Source of the DNA: Cirrosporium novae-zelandiae | Taxonomy: Eukaryota | Assembly: GCA_026023565.1 (NCBI GenBank) | Contig: JAPETS010000029.1 | Span: 186,001-250,000 of the forward strand | Direction of reading: 5' to 3' | Length of the DNA stretch: 64,000 nucleotides | Notes under the pieces: generated by a model | Told to the model about the DNA's origin: nothing | Database searches by the model: none | Seen by the model: the letters and a program-made list of their open reading frames with translations, nothing else | Shown: piece after piece, positions 62,914 to 64,000 of the stretch | Layout: the number at the start of each line of letters is the position of its first letter | Numbering within the stretch: position 1 is the stretch's first letter | Program-made: the position numbers and the translations under genes

Positions 62914-64000
62914 TTACACGTCATCCTGATAACTATCCCTTCCATGCCTTCCAGCAGATCCACTACCACTCCCACTTGTAGCGCCATTAGACTTCTTCGC
63001 GCGACCGGAGAGATCCTGCCAGGTCGCCCCAAATCTTCTCCCAGTGCTCGCCAGGAGACCTTCTTCCTCAGCTTCTTCAGCATCCTCATCAAGTTCACTC
63101 TCGTTGAGTCTTGGAGTTCGGAATAAAGATAAAAGAAAGACAATTAGGAAAACACCTATATCCACATAGTTAGCCAGTATTCTTTGAAGTAGTTAGGGGC
63201 TATAGGCTGGTAAATAGAGAAGAGACGAACCGAGGAAAAAGAACTGGCCCCAGAAATCGATAATCCCAAAGAAAGGAAAGTTAACAGTAATGCGGTTCAG
63301 GAACGTGCTAGCAACACTAGGTGTGCAGACATTCTTCGCTGCTGGACTATCAGTCACCTCAGTACAAGGTATGATGTGGCTCTTATGACTAGAACAGTCA
63401 GGTTGTTCTCCAGGGTGTCGTGGAGGATGATCGCAAAAGGTCTGTGGCCCGAAGGTGGCATATTGTGGAGCAACGAGCATGGCGAGAGCATAGTTGCTTG
63501 CGAGAGAGAGTAGGATAAGCATGACAGTCGCCATCAATAGAGCTTGAGGGGATGTATGTCCTTTACGTATTTGGAAAATCCGGACCCAAAGGAAACGAAT
63601 TCCAATGCTAGCAATACCGACAACGGATGCACTGAAGAACACGAGTGCCAGCAGCAAGAAGAGGACATAGTCAATTGGGAAAACCTTGGCGGACTGAACA
63701 AAAACCCAATTCATTGGCTGAAAGACATTGATGTGTCCAAGAAGGTAGCCACAGTGTCGTCCACAGATGGAATTCTTCGCCTTGTCGATGCCCGTGATGA
63801 GCATTGAAACCCAGATGATAATGGATAGAAGCATTAACAAAAGACCACCGATGAGCTTAAGAGGTCGGAAGAAGGCTTCAATCTTGAGCCAGGCACGCAT
63901 GAGCCGACTTTGGCCTTCACCAGTAGCTTCTGCCGCAAGTCGCTCTCGTCGCACCAATGTCCGCTCTTCACGTACCAGAGCATCAAGCTCGCGCCGGTCC
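62914..64000 (-). CDS. LMBR1-family membrane protein (probable lysosomal cobalamin transporter), 5' part outside the window
   Basis: [52 protein letters not shown] and [13 protein letters not shown]. Intron 63156-63230; the last exon ends at 62914. Confidence 0.88.

Noticed and set aside
1..64000. CRISPR arrays, rRNA genes, autonomous transposons, telomeric arrays
   Set aside because: None seen: no repeat-spacer pattern, no transposase/RT/integrase ORF and no TTAGGG array.

Overview
Eukaryotic, intron-containing DNA from a filamentous ascomycete (Pezizomycotina), judged by GT-AG introns of mostly 50-120 nt with CTRAC branch sites and by fungal-type proteins. About 20 protein-coding genes. 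Most are housekeeping: IQGAP, IMP dehydrogenase, alpha-arrestin, Rieske/AIF-like oxidoreductase, hybrid histidine kinase, Ted1-like phosphoesterase, CPD photolyase, tandem-bromodomain protein, Cks1, DsbA-like protein, DUF3844 protein, alanyl-tRNA synthetase, cyclophilin H and an LMBR1-family protein. Several are divergent or accessory: a partial non-RD kinase, an orphan ORF, a degenerate Nudix protein, an intronless ankyrin fusion protein and a divergent TPT-family transporter. The main signals not visible in the ORF track are: (1) a 272-bp MITE with CAC/GTG-type termini, an apparent 5-bp target-site duplication, an internal 21-bp hairpin and a tRNA-like B-box segment, plus a second truncated copy 19 kb away; (2) a snR54-like box C/D snoRNA in the IMPDH intron; (3) two interleaved inverted repeats in the long first intron of the AIF-like gene, one of which covers the 5' splice site; (4) a GATCGA cluster upstream of the photolyase; (5) a 90-bp IQ-motif triplication in IQGAP. 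Exon boundaries were read by eye and family assignments come from remembered motifs; no database search was run.
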